Origin: Balanoglossus misakiensis
Lineage: Eukaryota > Animalia > Hemichordata
DNA length: 64,000 bases
Assembly (NCBI GenBank): GCA_040954595.2
Contig: CM082587.2
Span: 2,075,000 to 2,138,999, forward strand
Direction: 5' to 3'
This document shows positions 14,210 to 32,658 of the stretch, piece after piece. The notes under the pieces were generated by a model, which was given only the letters and a program-made list of their open reading frames with translations, was not told where the DNA came from and searched no databases. How positions within the stretch are numbered: the first letter of the stretch is position 1; every line of letters begins with the position of its first letter. The translations under genes were made by a program, and so were the position numbers.

Positions 14210-15307
14210 GTTCACCCCAGTTTTTGCCCTGATAGTAACAACAATTCATTTTATCCAGAGATTACTCCTGGCTTATAAAAAAGTTGCACAGGATAGATCA
14301 TGCTTGTCTTCCAGTCTGTCTTAGGAAAGTGTAGTAAATGAAAAACTATGCCGAAACATAAAATGCTAGTCAATCACAGGCATTACAGTCATGCATACAT
14401 ACATACAGACTGAATTATATTCTGAACACCTTTTTCTTACTTTACTATCCATAGAATTTGCTCTATCTTCATTTAACTGACAGGCTTGGTTGTTCAAGTA
14501 GGATCACATGTCTTGTGTCAGCTCATTGCCAAGTGTACATAGTTAATGAAATGAGTAGACTAGATGATACAGATAATTGCTTGGCCAGCATCTTTTGTTG
14601 ACAACTGTACTTAAATAAATTTGATGTTATTTAGGTTGATCAATTTTAAGGGATCAAGGAGTTTATGAAAGATGTGAATCAGGTGTGATTGAATATTAAT
14701 TTTAAAGAGATAAATATTGTGTAGGTTTACAATTTCATGGCTTGGATATTGTAATACTGCAGTTAATATTTCGTAACAATATGTGTACATGTACTTTTGT
14801 ACAATATGGGGAAGTTTGGAGTTTGGAGATGTGTTTTCACATTGCTTTGGTAGGGGTAACGCACATACATGTAGTGATGTAGTGTTGTAAATCAAGCTTG
14901 ATTGGAGATTTTATGTGCATAATGCAGCAGTTATTTGTGTATTAATGCAAATAAAGAAATGAAAATAAGGAACTGATGACCATTGACCAGGTGTGTGATT
15001 CTTTGACAACATCCTGCACTTGGTAAGGAACTGCAACAGAAGTGATTTTCTCAATTGATTCAGAAGATTTTACTATATCCGGAACATGTAAATTACATGT
15101 ACATGTACATGAATATGCAAATCACTAACTACTATAAGCGCCCGCTATGGAACGTGAAATTCGTTTCTTTCGTTTTACCAGTTGGCCGTTGAACAACATG
15201 GCGGTCAGAGTGTAATTTGATTCAGTGGAGGGAAGTTTCATTTCAGATAAGTGTACACAGCCGGTCTGAGCAGAGAAGTGCAGTCGTCGTCCACGGGGCA
15301 AATCGTC

Positions 15308-18300
15308 ATGTCAGGCAAGACTTCCATATTACACCCAGGCGGGACGCTTGACAATCTCCCGAAGAGTTTTATTTCTTCTTTGAGAGTTCTGTTCGATATC
15401 CTCGATGAAGAAGGCCGCGGTGTTATTTTGCTGTCAGATATCGAGACCCGATGGAAAGGTGATGGAGTACCGGAGTTGCCAACTGGTGTGTTGGACAGCT
15501 TGAGAAAAGTGTCACCGAAAAACGGAAACCTTAGCTTTGAAAGATTTTGTGCCGGTTTGAAAATCGCGTTGCTCAGGAGCAAGTCTGACTCGAATTTGAA
15601 GAAGGACTATCGACCACGGACGTCGTCAGCCACAGGTGTCACTTCTCGGACGAAATTACAATCGCAGCAACAACGTTCAGAAGAAATGCGTGTGCGGGCC
15701 AAAAGTATGTCTCACTTGGAAAAACATTTGCAAAACGGTGACAAGACCTTGAATTCTGAACAAACCCAGCACAGAAACGAGATAAATATAGAAAATCATA
15801 GTGCCCCGAGCGGCAAAAACAATATCGTTTACACTCTGAGAAACTGGCAAAAAGAGCAGTTATTGAGAACCACAGGAAGCCGTGATCCTGGTGATGGGAG
15901 ATCTTCAAATTCAGAAAATCAACCATATACTATTCGAGAAGAGGGTAAGTTATGGGAAAATTCGAGAAATGCTAGACATTCCAGAGTCACTACCTCACCA
16001 CTTCAAATCTAATTGCCCACTGAAATTGGAGTAACAAAAGACGAGTGGAATTCTGACAGGAAATTATTAGAAAGTGTGTAGTTGGTAGCTGTCAGTTTCA
16101 TGCATTCAATTAGCATGTTACTTTCATTCGTTTCAGTGATGTCGCTTTCAAAGTTTCATTCGTGTTTCTACTGACCACGTGATCTGCTTTTTATCAATTC
16201 ATTCAGTCTAGGATGTTTTTTTTTATATTAGTCAGTATCGATTTGGAAAAAAAAACATTATTAATACACAAAATACCAAAAAAGACTTAATGGTGTTCCA
16301 GTATAGTAACTATGTTGCAATTGATTGAACAGATGTGTGATAAAAGGAGCCATAATGGTATTGTGTATTATATACTACATTATTTATCATTCCATTTCTG
16401 AACACAATGCGAGCAGGAAATTAAAATAAAAGTTATGCAAATTCCAGAGTAGAAACTGCAGCAACACCTAATTTCCAAACAATTGAAGGTGACAAATGTC
16501 TCAGTGTCATATTAAAACATGGACACATTTCTGTTTGTTGTGTGCACTTTGATCTTGCGGAAGGCGGCATATGCATTTATATTTTATTGATGATTCTTTG
16601 AATTTTCAGACGTACTGTCGTCAGAGCCCTAACAACAGGCTTTGAGTGCATGTGGAAATGCATTGTATAGTTGATTAGAGAGAGTGCTTCTTCTTTCTGT
16701 CAGCCCTTGTTAGTTACCTGAGAACTGGTTAAGTGGCAGTGGGGGTTGGCTTAGTTTTTAAAAGATCAAACAATGCCTATATTCCGTACAACAATGCAGC
16801 CATTAAAGCAGTTTCTTTGTCTGATACCATGATCAATGGATGCTAGTTGTGTTGTATACACTAAGTGAAAGCCTCTTGGCAAATTGTACAAGGTATTTAT
16901 TATAATCCAAGTAAATTTATTTGGCCATTAAAACTGGAAAGGATCAACCTCTCAACCTTTCCCTGTTTCTCAGACACGTATTTTTTTTAGATCCCAAACT
17001 CATGGGAGGGACTTGTTCTTGAAATAGACATTTTCAGGGATTTCACCAGTGTGTCTTCTATAATCCAACATGACGCTCCTAGGACTCAACAACCTCAGTA
17101 CATGCTGTAGCATTGTATGGAATTGTCAGCCACAGTAGATGTACATGTAATATGCATCAAGTCCCACTGAATCCAGTCCCCTCGGGGGATTTCAGACTTT
17201 TAAAAATAGCCATCAATAGAAGCTGACCCAACATCACTGAAATGATTGCGTAGTAACAATAGTGTTTATATACACCATACATGGGTGATCAAGGTACATT
17301 GTATCAGACACGGTTACTGCTAAATTGTGTGTATTTATGTAAATTATCATTTAGTTTCGGAGCGTAAATTAAAACAGTACTTAAAATTATGAGAATTTGA
17401 TTTTCATTAATAGCTATGTACAGTGGGCTGGGTTAGTGTTATCGTTCTCTCCAGACAATGCCAGTTAATAACAATAATGAGTATTGATCTAATTACAAAT
17501 AGCTCTTTACTCATCCAGGCAGATTCATAGCCCAGTTAATGGACCAATCTTTTACCTGTTGCTGTGTAAATTTACGAGTGTACTTTACCATAACCCATTC
17601 ATTATCGACCTGATGGCCCGTTAGTTTGGTGGGAAACTGTATGAATCGCGTTGTACAAGAGTAGACAGTTGCCTTTTTGTTCTCTAGAGTACAATACAGG
17701 CATTCTGCTTCTATCTCAAAAGGGGAACTGCGTGGCATCATGGAGCTTAGCACAAACATACAGGAAGTTGTGATTTTGCTGTAAATTCAGCTATAAAATA
17801 CCTGTAAAAAGGTCAACCCCAATATTACTCCCAAGGGCCCTTTTGACAAATTTGATAGTGCAGTAACCCTGTAATCTGTTGGTAGTGACTTTGTCAATGT
17901 TTATTCAATCAATTAATCAATAAACCTTTATTCTGAAAACTCCAAACAGTCTCGTTAACCTCGACTGAGTTCTGGTGGCACTGAAAGTTCAAATTTCTCT
18001 GTGCAAATTTCAGTCTCTTTTTGTGTGAAATTAACACACTGCACCATGGTTTTTCCATGCGCTAATCAAGTGATTTAAGGGTCAGTAACAGGCCTGGGTC
18101 AGTAATAACAGTTGCTGTATAAGTACTTGAAGGTAAAAAGAAGTGTAAGCTGGTTGCTTAGCCAAGAGGTAAGCATGGATGCATGACTCCAGGTCAAGCT
18201 GTGTGTCCCACCACAGAATTGAATGCGGATGGTTTCAGGTTCATTACGCTACCACTGCACTATGATGTTACAGGCATCGATTACTGAAGCACACAAATGG

Positions 18301-20479
18301 CAATTATGTTGCATTCATAGCACAGGAAAACAGGCCTGCAAGGAAGGCACTGTTTCATCATGTTGTTTTTCTGGGTGAATGGATTTTTCACGCATAGCTG
18401 GCTACTAACCGGGGCATTTTCACAGTGGCCAAACGTATTTTCTTGCAGCACTCTTTATTTGATTCCACATTTGAATTCTTGGTAGTTGCATTTCAGTAAC
18501 TAGTTAGAGAGAAATTTAAGGAATCTTTCACATCTGTGCCTCACAAGTGTTTTCTGTTCCCTTCAGCACCAAGAGAAAATGGTCCAACAAAAATTGGCCG
18601 GTCCTACGAAGCACCGACATCAGTGTCATCATCCAATCTGATGACAAAGAAACCCAAAAACAGAAGAGAACCACGGAGACACACTTTAGCCAATGGGATC
18701 GATTATAACATGGTAAGTTTCCATGTGAATAGTAGGGAACACATATTCTGATTGTCTCTTAGAGAGATAGGCTAATGAACATGTTTCTTCTGTAGCCCAA
18801 AAAACATCATTATCACGTCAGTAGACTAAATTGCACGTACAGGTGTTTCTTGGCAAAGATTCAAACCTCTCTTAACAATGCTACACTTTATGTGGCAGGA
18901 ACTATGCAATCTGCCTGCTCCATTCAGAACCCTAACATTTTACACTCCACTGACTAATTTTCCTCACTGTAACTTGACATTAACTCTCTGCTTCTATTTC
19001 CTTTCCTTCTGAAGCCTATGCAAGATGGACGTCAGCTCCTCAAAGACGTATGTCTCTTGTCAATCAGTTCTTAGAGTAGTTGCACATTCCTCAATGTCTA
19101 GACTTGTAAACGAGTGTTATCTGTCACTGTCGTGAGTTCTGACTCGCATGTAATACAGTTATTTCGTCTCTGGCATCACTCTAACAATTGACCATGGTCT
19201 AACTGACAAACATCTGTTTCATCTCAGGGTGCAGAAACTTTAAATATGCGTTACTTGGTGGACTGTGTGTCATATCTGACATTGTCAAATGACAAGTGCA
19301 TGCATGTCGACATGTTTGCACTGTGTTTCTCCATTTCACATGCAAATATATCGGTCCTTGGTGGCATGTGAAAAAATAACCCAAGGCAGTGATTTTGAAA
19401 GGAAAGCTGTCATAATTAATGATTTATGATACCTTCATTTTCACATAACCGAAATGAGTCATCCAACCTTTCTTTCAGACTGTACAAAGTAAACAATATA
19501 GGTTTGCTTGTCATAAGAACATGTACTATCATGAGTATTTTGTGAATTACCATTTTGATTCCATTTTTTCATGATCAGTTGAAAAGGATGAAGCAACTAG
19601 AGCAAGAGAAAGATGTGTTGCTACAAGGCCTGGAGGTTGTGGAGAGATCTAGAGAGTGGTACCAAGCACAGATATTGTCCATTCAGGATAGACAGAAATA
19701 CTTCAACAGAGATCACAGCGAGAATGTAAGTACAAATGTATTCTTAATGTTTCATGTCTTGTATTTCTATGCATCGTGTGTGGAATGAAGACACTGCAAA
19801 GAAATAAAAATGCCTGAGTTATTGTAACCACAAGACGCTCCTCTATGTTTTGCAGGATATACCTCCAGAGTCACACGCAGAAAGGTTTCAGTTCCAAAAA
19901 TCCAGAATATTTGATTCCAACAGACAGCTGAATGCACTGATGGAGAGCTCGGTTAAGGTAGGCATTACTATTGCGCGATGAAAGTCTGTGAAATAATCAG
20001 ATGGACTGCATGTAAAGTATATCGCATTTACTGTATAGGATTGTGGAGCCAACATACATACCACAGACTGCAGTACTCAAGCAAAAGTGAAATATTTTTT
20101 GCATTTGTTTTTTCTCCAGAATTTCTTGCCCCACATGAATCTAGCAATGGATGGCCAATCTGCATTGGATCCTGAGAAAGAGTCAATGATCAAAGCATTG
20201 AAAGAACAGAACAGGCAGCTAACACAGGTAAGTCAAAATGGCGGACACTTGGAAGTGCCAGCTTGAGTTGTAGAGAAGTGGATCCTCTTTGATGATTCTT
20301 ACACTTGATGTGGGTATAAATTCACCAGAATTTGTCTGTTTATTTTCCAGGAAGTTTCTAAGAAGAGTGAGAAGGTGACTCAACTTGAGCGTGAGAAGCA
20401 AGCCCTGATCCGTGAACTATTCGAAGCCAGAGCCAAAAATCACCCCAGAGACCTGGCTGACAACTCTACATTCATGTAG
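15308..20479 (+). CDS. SAPCD2: Suppressor APC domain-containing protein (SAPCD2-like), about 422 aa
   Basis: Exons 15308-15944, 18567-18712, 19579-19725, 19856-19957, 20120-20227, 20351-20479, with an optional microexon 19015-19047. LPKSFISSLRVLFDILD..FERFCAGL, REPRRHTLANGIDYNMLKRMKQLEQEKDVLLQGL, QLEREKQALIRELFEAR..STFM. Confidence 0.9.
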
Positions 20480-21467
20480 CAAGTGGAGATTCATCTAGTT
20501 TTATCCCTGTCACCGGCAAAAGTGGTTAATGGTCACAAGTGATCTATGGAGTCACAGAGTATGTTTGACTGCAAAAATGTACCTGAAATCCCCCAAATTA
20601 AATGCTAGTATTTACATCTTCTGTTGCAAATTGTAATTGATTAAATCATGAAGAAATCTGAAGCTAACTGTGAAGCAGCTTTCTAGATAAATCAGTTTTA
20701 TTTTACTAGCCAGAGAAAATTAAATCCATGAATACTGTAGTCAGCCTTGCACATGTTATGTGCCAGCATTGTTGTGTGCTATTGATTAGTGTTTGAATTG
20801 TTCCGGCTCAAGAGGGCGCAGTCATATACACAGCTCCCTCTTTGGCAAACTTGACAGTGCTCTGAATACATGTAGGATATTAATCCTTACTGCCAAAATG
20901 CTTTAAAACTAAATAGTTATATGTGAAAGTACTTAGTGTTTTTTGTAATGTTTTGTATTTCATAGGAAGCCTAGTGAGAATGTTTTCAGTAGCTTAATGT
21001 AATAGGCAGCTATACAACCAGCAACACCAGAACACCAATGCTTATATCTGTATTTTAATGTTTCATGTCTTGTATTTCTAAGTATACAAATACAATGTTT
21101 TATACATAGTATTACATCTTGTATTTCTCTGTAAACATACTATTTATATATCCTACTTATTTATCTTGAAATAAAGTCACAATTTTAAACAGATTACTTC
21201 CTTTCTTGTTCAAACACACAGCAGTCCAAAAACATATTGCAGTATTATATTGTAGTCCAGTCAATGTGACGTACAGTTCATCCATAGATTATCTTGCAGG
21301 CTTCTCCATGTTGTAATCATGTTGCACAATACCAGAGGTCCTTTTTGCAGTAAATTTTCATGGATACATACAAACAAACCGGTTTTATTTTTTGTCATAA
21401 CACTACTACTTTCATTAGAAATGTTTGCATAAATATAAAGAGAACATATCATGACGTCAGTTCCTTG

Positions 21468-22061
21468 TCATGATTTTGGTTGTGCTCCTTGAGATTGTTT
21501 TGCCTGGTCCACTCCTCGCTCTTGTCGACTTTCTTCCAGGAACTCTCGTATTTTGGCATTGAGGTTGTCACTTCGTTCTTCCAGCTTGCTTACACAGGAG
21601 TCCAGTTGACTCAATGTATCTTCCAACGCCTTGAACTCTGAAATGTAGAAATGAAATTACTCTGTTTTATAATATGTAGCGATTCAAGATGTAAGTTGCC
21701 ATGCAATGGAAAAGACAGTGTCAGTCTGTACTATAGTCTGTATGCGTGGAATATGTTCATCCCCACACTGAATATTGCTGGTACCAGTTTTGAACTTTGA
21801 CACTATGCACTGCTGATGTTAATACATTGATTGAATCATAGTACTAAACTTTGACACAGAAAAAGATTGGTATGGATGTCAGTGTAGTTTCAACACCTGT
21901 TTTTAGTCGGATACTTTGGGATACTATGCTCAGAATATGTTACAGTGCCTCTCACCTTCTACCTCCCCCTGGTCATGTGTGAACTCTTCAGTATCCATGT
22001 TATGGTTGCCCGTATCTCCTGTACCACTACCCTCCCCTCCGCTCGGGTCTCCCATTGGCAT
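21468..22061 (-). CDS. BBLN: Bublin coiled-coil protein (UPF0184/C9orf16), about 91 aa
   Basis: Exons 22061-21956 and 21637-21468 (phase 1). EEFKALEDTLSQLDSCVSKLEERSDNLNAKIREFLEESRQ resembles C9orf16 [39 protein letters not shown]. The second exon is missing from the ORF track. Confidence 0.82.
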
Positions 22062-22179
22062 TATTTTGGAAATGATACATATACATGTACTGGTATGGTG
22101 GATTTCACTTAGTATTACTGCCCTCACAGTCGAGTCACACTGTTAGCGTTACTATTTTTAGCATCAACGCTGTCCTGTG

Positions 22180-22700
22180 GTATGTACTTCATGATTGGTC
22201 AAGCCAACGTGATTAGTGTCTGGTTTCATACTTGTCTTGTAAAACAGACCATTCTATCATTATCAGCTTTTGCAATAAGAATTTTTGCTAATTGTAAACA
22301 TATTTTGCAAACCTGATAAAAACATTGCAAAAAAATTAGATTTCTGAAAATCGTTAGCAGAAATTATCCAATCAGGAGGCCTCTTGTGTCACGTAATTTG
22401 GAGTGATCCATATTTGATATGGGTGGTTTTCACTTCTAGTGTGAGGAAACTCAACTTCTCCCCCATTATCAGACGCACTTTCTCGTGGTTTTTGATGGAA
22501 AAAAACCTGTTTTTATTTAAAAGTGTGTTCGAAAGAAACCTTATGAAAGTATCGTACAGACAACAACATTTTACACGAATGAAATCGAAATAAACAGACC
22601 ACCCGACCCCACCCACCAACAATAGGAGTAATGAAATTGATCCGCGTTTCTCAAAAAGCAAGCATCTCTTCATTGTACGGTTCGAGAGGTAAGTTATCTG
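22180..22700. promoter_or_regulatory. Bidirectional BBLN/DDX39 promoter and DDX39 non-coding first exon (donor GAG|GTAAGT at 22688/22689)
   Basis: Head-to-head genes. CCAAT boxes near 22194 and 22368. Strong donor at 22689 and acceptor at 23584 just upstream of the ATG. Confidence 0.55.
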
Positions 22701-23603
22701 CAAACATCAACGTTGCTGAGCTTTTACACTGAGTAATTAGGAATGAGAACGAAACCGCGATATATTTTTCAATGCTGTATGGCATAACTGTAACGTTTTA
22801 TCGACAAGAAATTGCGATAATATACAGGGAAGATGAGATCTCTGAATGTACATTTCGGGAAACAAGATGGCGTCGATTTTGTTGTGTCGGTTTTATCTTT
22901 TGTTCTCGATAAAAATGCTGTACAGCCAAAAACACGGCTCCAGAACCATTCTATTTCTCGATCGGAATAGTAATATTACTTTTAAATGAATTTGTTGAGA
23001 TGTTTTCCCTAATCTGACCGAGCCTTGTGTCATTTCGCGACAAGTCAGACGAGTCCCTTTCCCTTGAAGCGTTGTGTCGATTTAGCCATGTGGAACCGGG
23101 TACGTGTTCCCGCTGGTTGTAATTATGGAAATATGGTACATGTGCACGTATTCTCAAAAGTGCTTACATTTGCCTTTTCGGCTATTACGAAATTTCCAAA
23201 CTTAGAATGGCATGACGTTTCTCGATGATCACACAATTATACATGCACTGATGGTTCACGAGACGAAACAAACTGATGACTCGACAAAGTGGGAATATAT
23301 TATAATAGCCGACGTTGTCGTCATAAATTAGTTGATTCTAACACTCTATGCATTTGTCCGCAAAATATTTGACAGCAACGATGAACTATTTTCTGAAAAA
23401 CGTCTCAATAGAAGCATTTGACAAGTAAGGAAATGTCTTGAGGTTTATGACCATGATGTTCAAGCAAATTGTGCGAGTCAGTGTCTTGAGCTTTCACATC
23501 AAAAATGAGACCGTGGGTGTCTGATGAAAGCTTGCCTGCAACACAGACTGCAGACCTGTAAATACTGGACCTTGTATATGGCAGGATAACAAGTGGAATC
23601 AAA

Positions 23604-27639
<4,036 letters not shown>

Positions 27640-28627
27640 GAGAAGTATTACAGTGACCAAGATCAACAGACCGTACTTTTAAGAGATGCAAATTTTTAAA
27701 CCCTCTCTGTTCAGTGTTTTCCCATCCAGACAAAAAAAAGCCATGTCATCTATGTATTATATAAAAAAAAATTGGTTTTATTGCAACTTTTGCCAGAAGC
27801 AACCATTTGGGATTGAGTTAGTGAACAGACATTTGTGTATTTTTTTTTGCGTTTGATGTATATTGCTTTTGTTTAGGAGCAGAACATTGAAACATTTGAG
27901 ACTTTCTTTCACCAAGTGAAGCACAGCAACATAGTATATTTCATATCATGAACCAAAAATTATGTAAGCATTTCATTTCTCAAAAACTGAGTTTCTTTGA
28001 GGGACACGACAGAAAAGATGCCTAGATTCAGGTTCATGTCGGTGTTGGAAAGATCTTGACTCATTATTTGGCTAGTTATCTTATGTAGATATGGTTGACT
28101 AGGTGTTCCTCCACAACCAAGAAAACCTTTTCTTCATCCCCACACTGTAATGTAACATTCCTTTTCTGAACTTTTACCCTTTTGAACAAACTTAGTCTGT
28201 AATAAAAGATTTTGTATTTCTCAAAAGTTATGGAAGCATATGCTTGTGTGAGGTTGAGTAGCTGCATGCGATTTTTTAGAAGTTTCGTGAAAAAAAACCT
28301 GTTGAAATCTAGTGGATTTCAAGCTGTGTCATTTATTCAGTCAGATATTCAGTAACAATTAGTACAGTCATCGCCAGTGAAACTGAGTTGCTTAAAACAT
28401 CGTCAGAATCTGTGTAACATACAAATTGTGAAATGGGAAATCCAAAGCAACATGCTAAGAAAACTACCTTCAACAAAAATATATGTAATTCAAACCGTAA
28501 TATAATCTGTTTACAACACACTGGATCTGAAACATGTTCTACAATGTGAAAGTTCATCAGGGTAATCTTACTAGGAATTTTTGTAAGCACAGAAACTTGC
28601 TTCATTTTTGCCATCCACCAGACTTCA

Positions 28628-31600
28628 CTACCAGCTCAAGCTGAAACAATTCAGGGGTTTTTGTCTCTCTGATTTTATGGTTGGTTCCCTGCCAGAATCC
28701 ATACATTCCTGTAACTCTCTCAATCTTTCAATTTCCTTTTCTGTCTGATTTACGTTTTTCTCTTCATCTTTCTCATCAAAAATTTTCCTCAAACTTTGTA
28801 ATTCAGTGATAGAAAGACCATAGTGGTCTTTGGCCTTTTCTCTATCGCCTTTTTTGGAGAATGTATCTCCCATATTTTCCAGAACCCAAGCAATTCCGAT
28901 GTTCGGAGTGGTGACCGTTTTTGCTGCTTCTTTTCTGATCTCTAAACATTTCCCTAATTTCTCTAACGCCAGCTCATACTGGCCTGCTTTCATTAGTGTG
29001 TTGCCATGGCAATGTAATGCTTCAGCTGTGAATGGATGAGAGGGACCAAGATTTTCACTTCTGTGTCTAACAGCTTTTTCGTGCCATTTAAGTGCTTCTT
29101 CGAAATCTTCAAGAAGAGAATACACTTCCCCAAAGCAGGTGTAAACCAGAGATGCATTTTTGTGCTGCAGGCCTAAGCGTTTGATCATCTGATGTGCCTT
29201 TTTGACTAATTTCATAGCCTCGACATCATTGCCACGACAACAGTACTGCATAGCAACATTGCACAGTGAATCAACGTTTGCATGCGAGGGCCGAGCATCA
29301 AACTGCATTTTGATCTGTAGACCCCTGAACGCACACTCAAAGCCTTTGTCGTCATCACCCTGACCGAAATAAACATGGCTGAGGTTGTTGTTCATGGAAC
29401 CAATCACTGGATGCATTCCCCACATCGTTTGGCGACGATCCCGAGACTCCTTGGAAAATTTCTCACTCAGCGAGTAACTCCCTGTCAATTCAATCAGAAA
29501 CAGATATCACATGACAAAGGGCATTTGAAAACACTGTACTTTGTACAGACCATACCTTTTCTCAAATTAACAAAACTTATTTTATGATCAGAAATCAGAA
29601 AACAATTTTCATCAGACAAATTAGTGAAGCCAGGTACCATTACCTTTCCTTTCTCTCTTTCTCGTGCAGTGTAAAAAAAGGAAGAAACTTTGCAGAGATA
29701 TCTCGTGCAGGTGTAGTGGGTTAGTGAGAGAGGGGTCAGTTTCCCATCAAGAAGAAAATGCTCAAAGAAACTGCAAATAATAAAGACAATCTGCAATCGC
29801 TAGAGCATAAGAATAAGAAAAGAGTTAAAGTTTGAAATACACAGCAAAACATGCAAAGGTTGCAGTCTGGTTGAGACATGTCAGCCAAACAGACACATAA
29901 TAGATAATGTGTGAGAAACAAAAATTATAAATCATCCTTGAAACATTATCATTATTAGTATGTAACATTCAAATAAGCTAGCTTCAGTTCCATGCATGAT
30001 TCCAGAAAGAAAGTTGGCATTTTGACAAATCAAGTCAACCTTACCAGTGCAGCAATGCACTATCCCAAGGCTGGCCAGGTTAGAACATGTCAACCTTTCA
30101 GTTCGAATGATTCTATCTCTCAGGGAATCCGGAACCTCTTTCCCAACTGCTATGTAATCCTTCTCCTCTGTTTTCAGTTTCTTCATAAATCTTCTGTTCA
30201 CACCTAGCGCTTTATGGAGCCATCTGTAAATAATTACATCATAAGAGTCAACAACTTAAATCAAATTTCACACAGATAGAAGGTTGTACGTACACAGTTG
30301 TAAATACTTATTCTTTCAGTCAATAAGTTTACCACTGTATGACAAAGATGTATGATGAAGACATCACTTACTCAATTGCTTCTTTGTCTAAACCTCTGTC
30401 ATGGAAGTTGAACCCAATGTGAGAGTACAGCCAGGCTAAATCTTCGCTATCACCCAGTGGCTCAAGAATTTCCTTTGACTCCATGTATGCTTTGTATGCA
30501 CCTTCAAAATCACTGGCAATGAAACCAAGGACCTGTCCATAGGACGACAGCATTAGACCAAGGTTTCTAGGATCATTGTGTGCTTCAGCATACGCGGCGG
30601 CTGAGTTGACACAGGCTTCATAAAATTGGACTGATTCCTTGCCAAAGAAATTGGTCAGCAGATACTCTGCATGGTAGGCTAACTGGATGAAGAGATTGTA
30701 GTGCTCCTGGGAGCAATTGACAGCTTCTTTCAGCAATTTCTCGATGTTGTGGATTTCTTGGATGAACAACGGAAGCTTCTTGCAGTTGTTGGCTTCCACA
30801 AGTGGAGCTAGCCGTTTCACCAATACCGCGTAAAATTCACAGTATCTGTTACGAGTGTATTCTTCATTTCGGAGACCAGAATGGTGTTGCTCCATGAAAT
30901 CACGCAAGTATGCATGGATGGAAACTCTCTGTGGTGTGTCGCTGGTTTCTAAGGACAACAGAGAGCGTTTGGCCAGGGGAAGTACCGCATCTTGTTTGGC
31001 TACAGCCGTGGAACCCATTCCAAGCACATGGATGGCCGCATCCATACCAAAATCACCAGGGAAATATGACAGCGTTGCATAGTGAGTTTTCAGTAGTACA
31101 GTCAACTGTTCTATGGAGGTCTGGACAACACCTTGTAGATTCGGTTTGGTGTCAGCATCCGTCTGTTCTAGGGCACGTGCTTGGTTTTCTCTCAAGATGC
31201 TGCATAGGTCATCTGGTTTCACTGTTTCACTCTGTAGGATTCTTGCTATCAGAATCAGTGCCAATGGTATCCCTTCACACAATCTCACCATCTCATCAAG
31301 ATCCTCCTCTTCGATGTCTATCTCAGGAATCAGATTTTCCAGCAAGTGCTGAGATTCTTCTGGAGACAGTGGCAGCAACTTCATGCTACAGAAGACTCGG
31401 TCAAGTCTTAGAAACTTCAGCTGGAAACGGCTGATCAGCACCACCATAATGTTGCCAGTTTTATCTACCATCTCTTCACACAGGAGCTGAAAGTCTGTCT
31501 GTAAGTCACGGTCTCCAGTACCGGCCACTGTTTCCACGTGATCAAACACCACCAGGTGATAATCTTCCAATCTTGCGAAGTTGACAAATCCTCCACCTGA

Positions 31601-31906
31601 CGGTCTGAGACTAAACATCAACTTGGTTCGGAGTGTGTAGATATCAGACAGTCCCTCAAGATTGATATAGTGGCTGGTCAGGTTTTCTTTCCGAGATCTT
31701 TCTTCATCCTGGAGTTCCTCAACCACTTTTTTCATGAATGTTGTTTTACCAATGCCAGGGACTCCATTAATTTGAAGAAGGTGAACTTGAGGAGTCTGGG
31801 TCCCATCATCTTCCAGCAAACCCATCCATTTCTTAAAGATGTCAGTAATTTTCCTTATCTCATTTACCCGACCAGTAAAGATGCCATTTGGAGATGAAAT
31901 TGCCAT
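28628..31906 (-). CDS. STAND (NB-ARC-like) NTPase plus TPR protein, copy A, about 855 aa
   Basis: Exons 31906-30372, 30223-30045, 29481-28628 (2568 nt). FTGR pre-P-loop, Walker A GVPGIGKT, Walker B HLVVFDHVE, GxP motif CEGIPLAL, winged-helix-like LSYFPGDF..SIHAYLRDF, C-terminal TPRs (LGPSHPFTAEALHCHG). Probable 5'UTR exon donor at 32517/32516. Confidence 0.88.
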
Positions 31907-32646
31907 AATTTTTTCAATTGCCTAGAAAAAATAAGTTGATTACACTGGGTTATACGTGCAGCTTGCTTTCGACATAATGGATACGTTTCACGGATGACTG
32001 AACCTGGCTATTGTCCAAACCTTCGTCACAAGAAAACTAAATTTAGAAAGTGGGAAAAACACCACTGTATTGGAATCAGACCAATCCGTAAAAGTGTGGA
32101 ACATGGCGGTGAAATGGATTTTTGAAATCCAGTTCCCAATTTTACTCTAGGAAAATATGCCCAGCACAAAACAGCATATTTACGAGTCTTTTCCTTCCGC
32201 AAGTTACGGGATTGAGAACGAAAGCTTTTCGTACTTGCAACCAACTTGGGCAGCCAACGTACTACTAGACTAAGTACTAGTGTTGAGAACGTCAAGCTCT
32301 CTAGCATAATACGTACCCAAAACTGCTAATTGCTCTTTTACTATGGACGGTCTGTGGTTTAACGACATGCGATGTATGAATTGCTCCGAAAATTCCGAGA
32401 AAATATACTATGGCTGTTGATAGCTGAACAGAGAAAAAACAGAAGTTCTATCGCATACGACAGATTGTTCCGCCTAGTGATACTGGTACTCACAAACGTA
32501 CTGTTTAGTCACTTACCTCACAGTCACATCAAATAATCTATTTTTCAAACTGTGAAGAATCTTTTACCAAATCCTGTATGAGACAATATCCCACCACTCT
32601 TCAAGCGTTGCTGCGAAAATGAAAGTCTTGCGAATTCACTTTCACT

Positions 32647-32658
32647 GGGGAAATCCCC
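32647..32658. promoter_or_regulatory. NF-kB site GGGGAAATCCCC upstream of STAND-TPR copy A, next to an IRF-like GAAAGTGAA on the minus strand
   Basis: Near-palindromic GGGRNWYYCC consensus match about 130 nt upstream of the putative 5'UTR exon donor. Confidence 0.6.

Noticed and set aside
16610-16645. Possible extra SAPCD2 exon after ttttcag at 16609
   Set aside because: In the required phase it reaches TAA within 8 codons, and there is no good donor.
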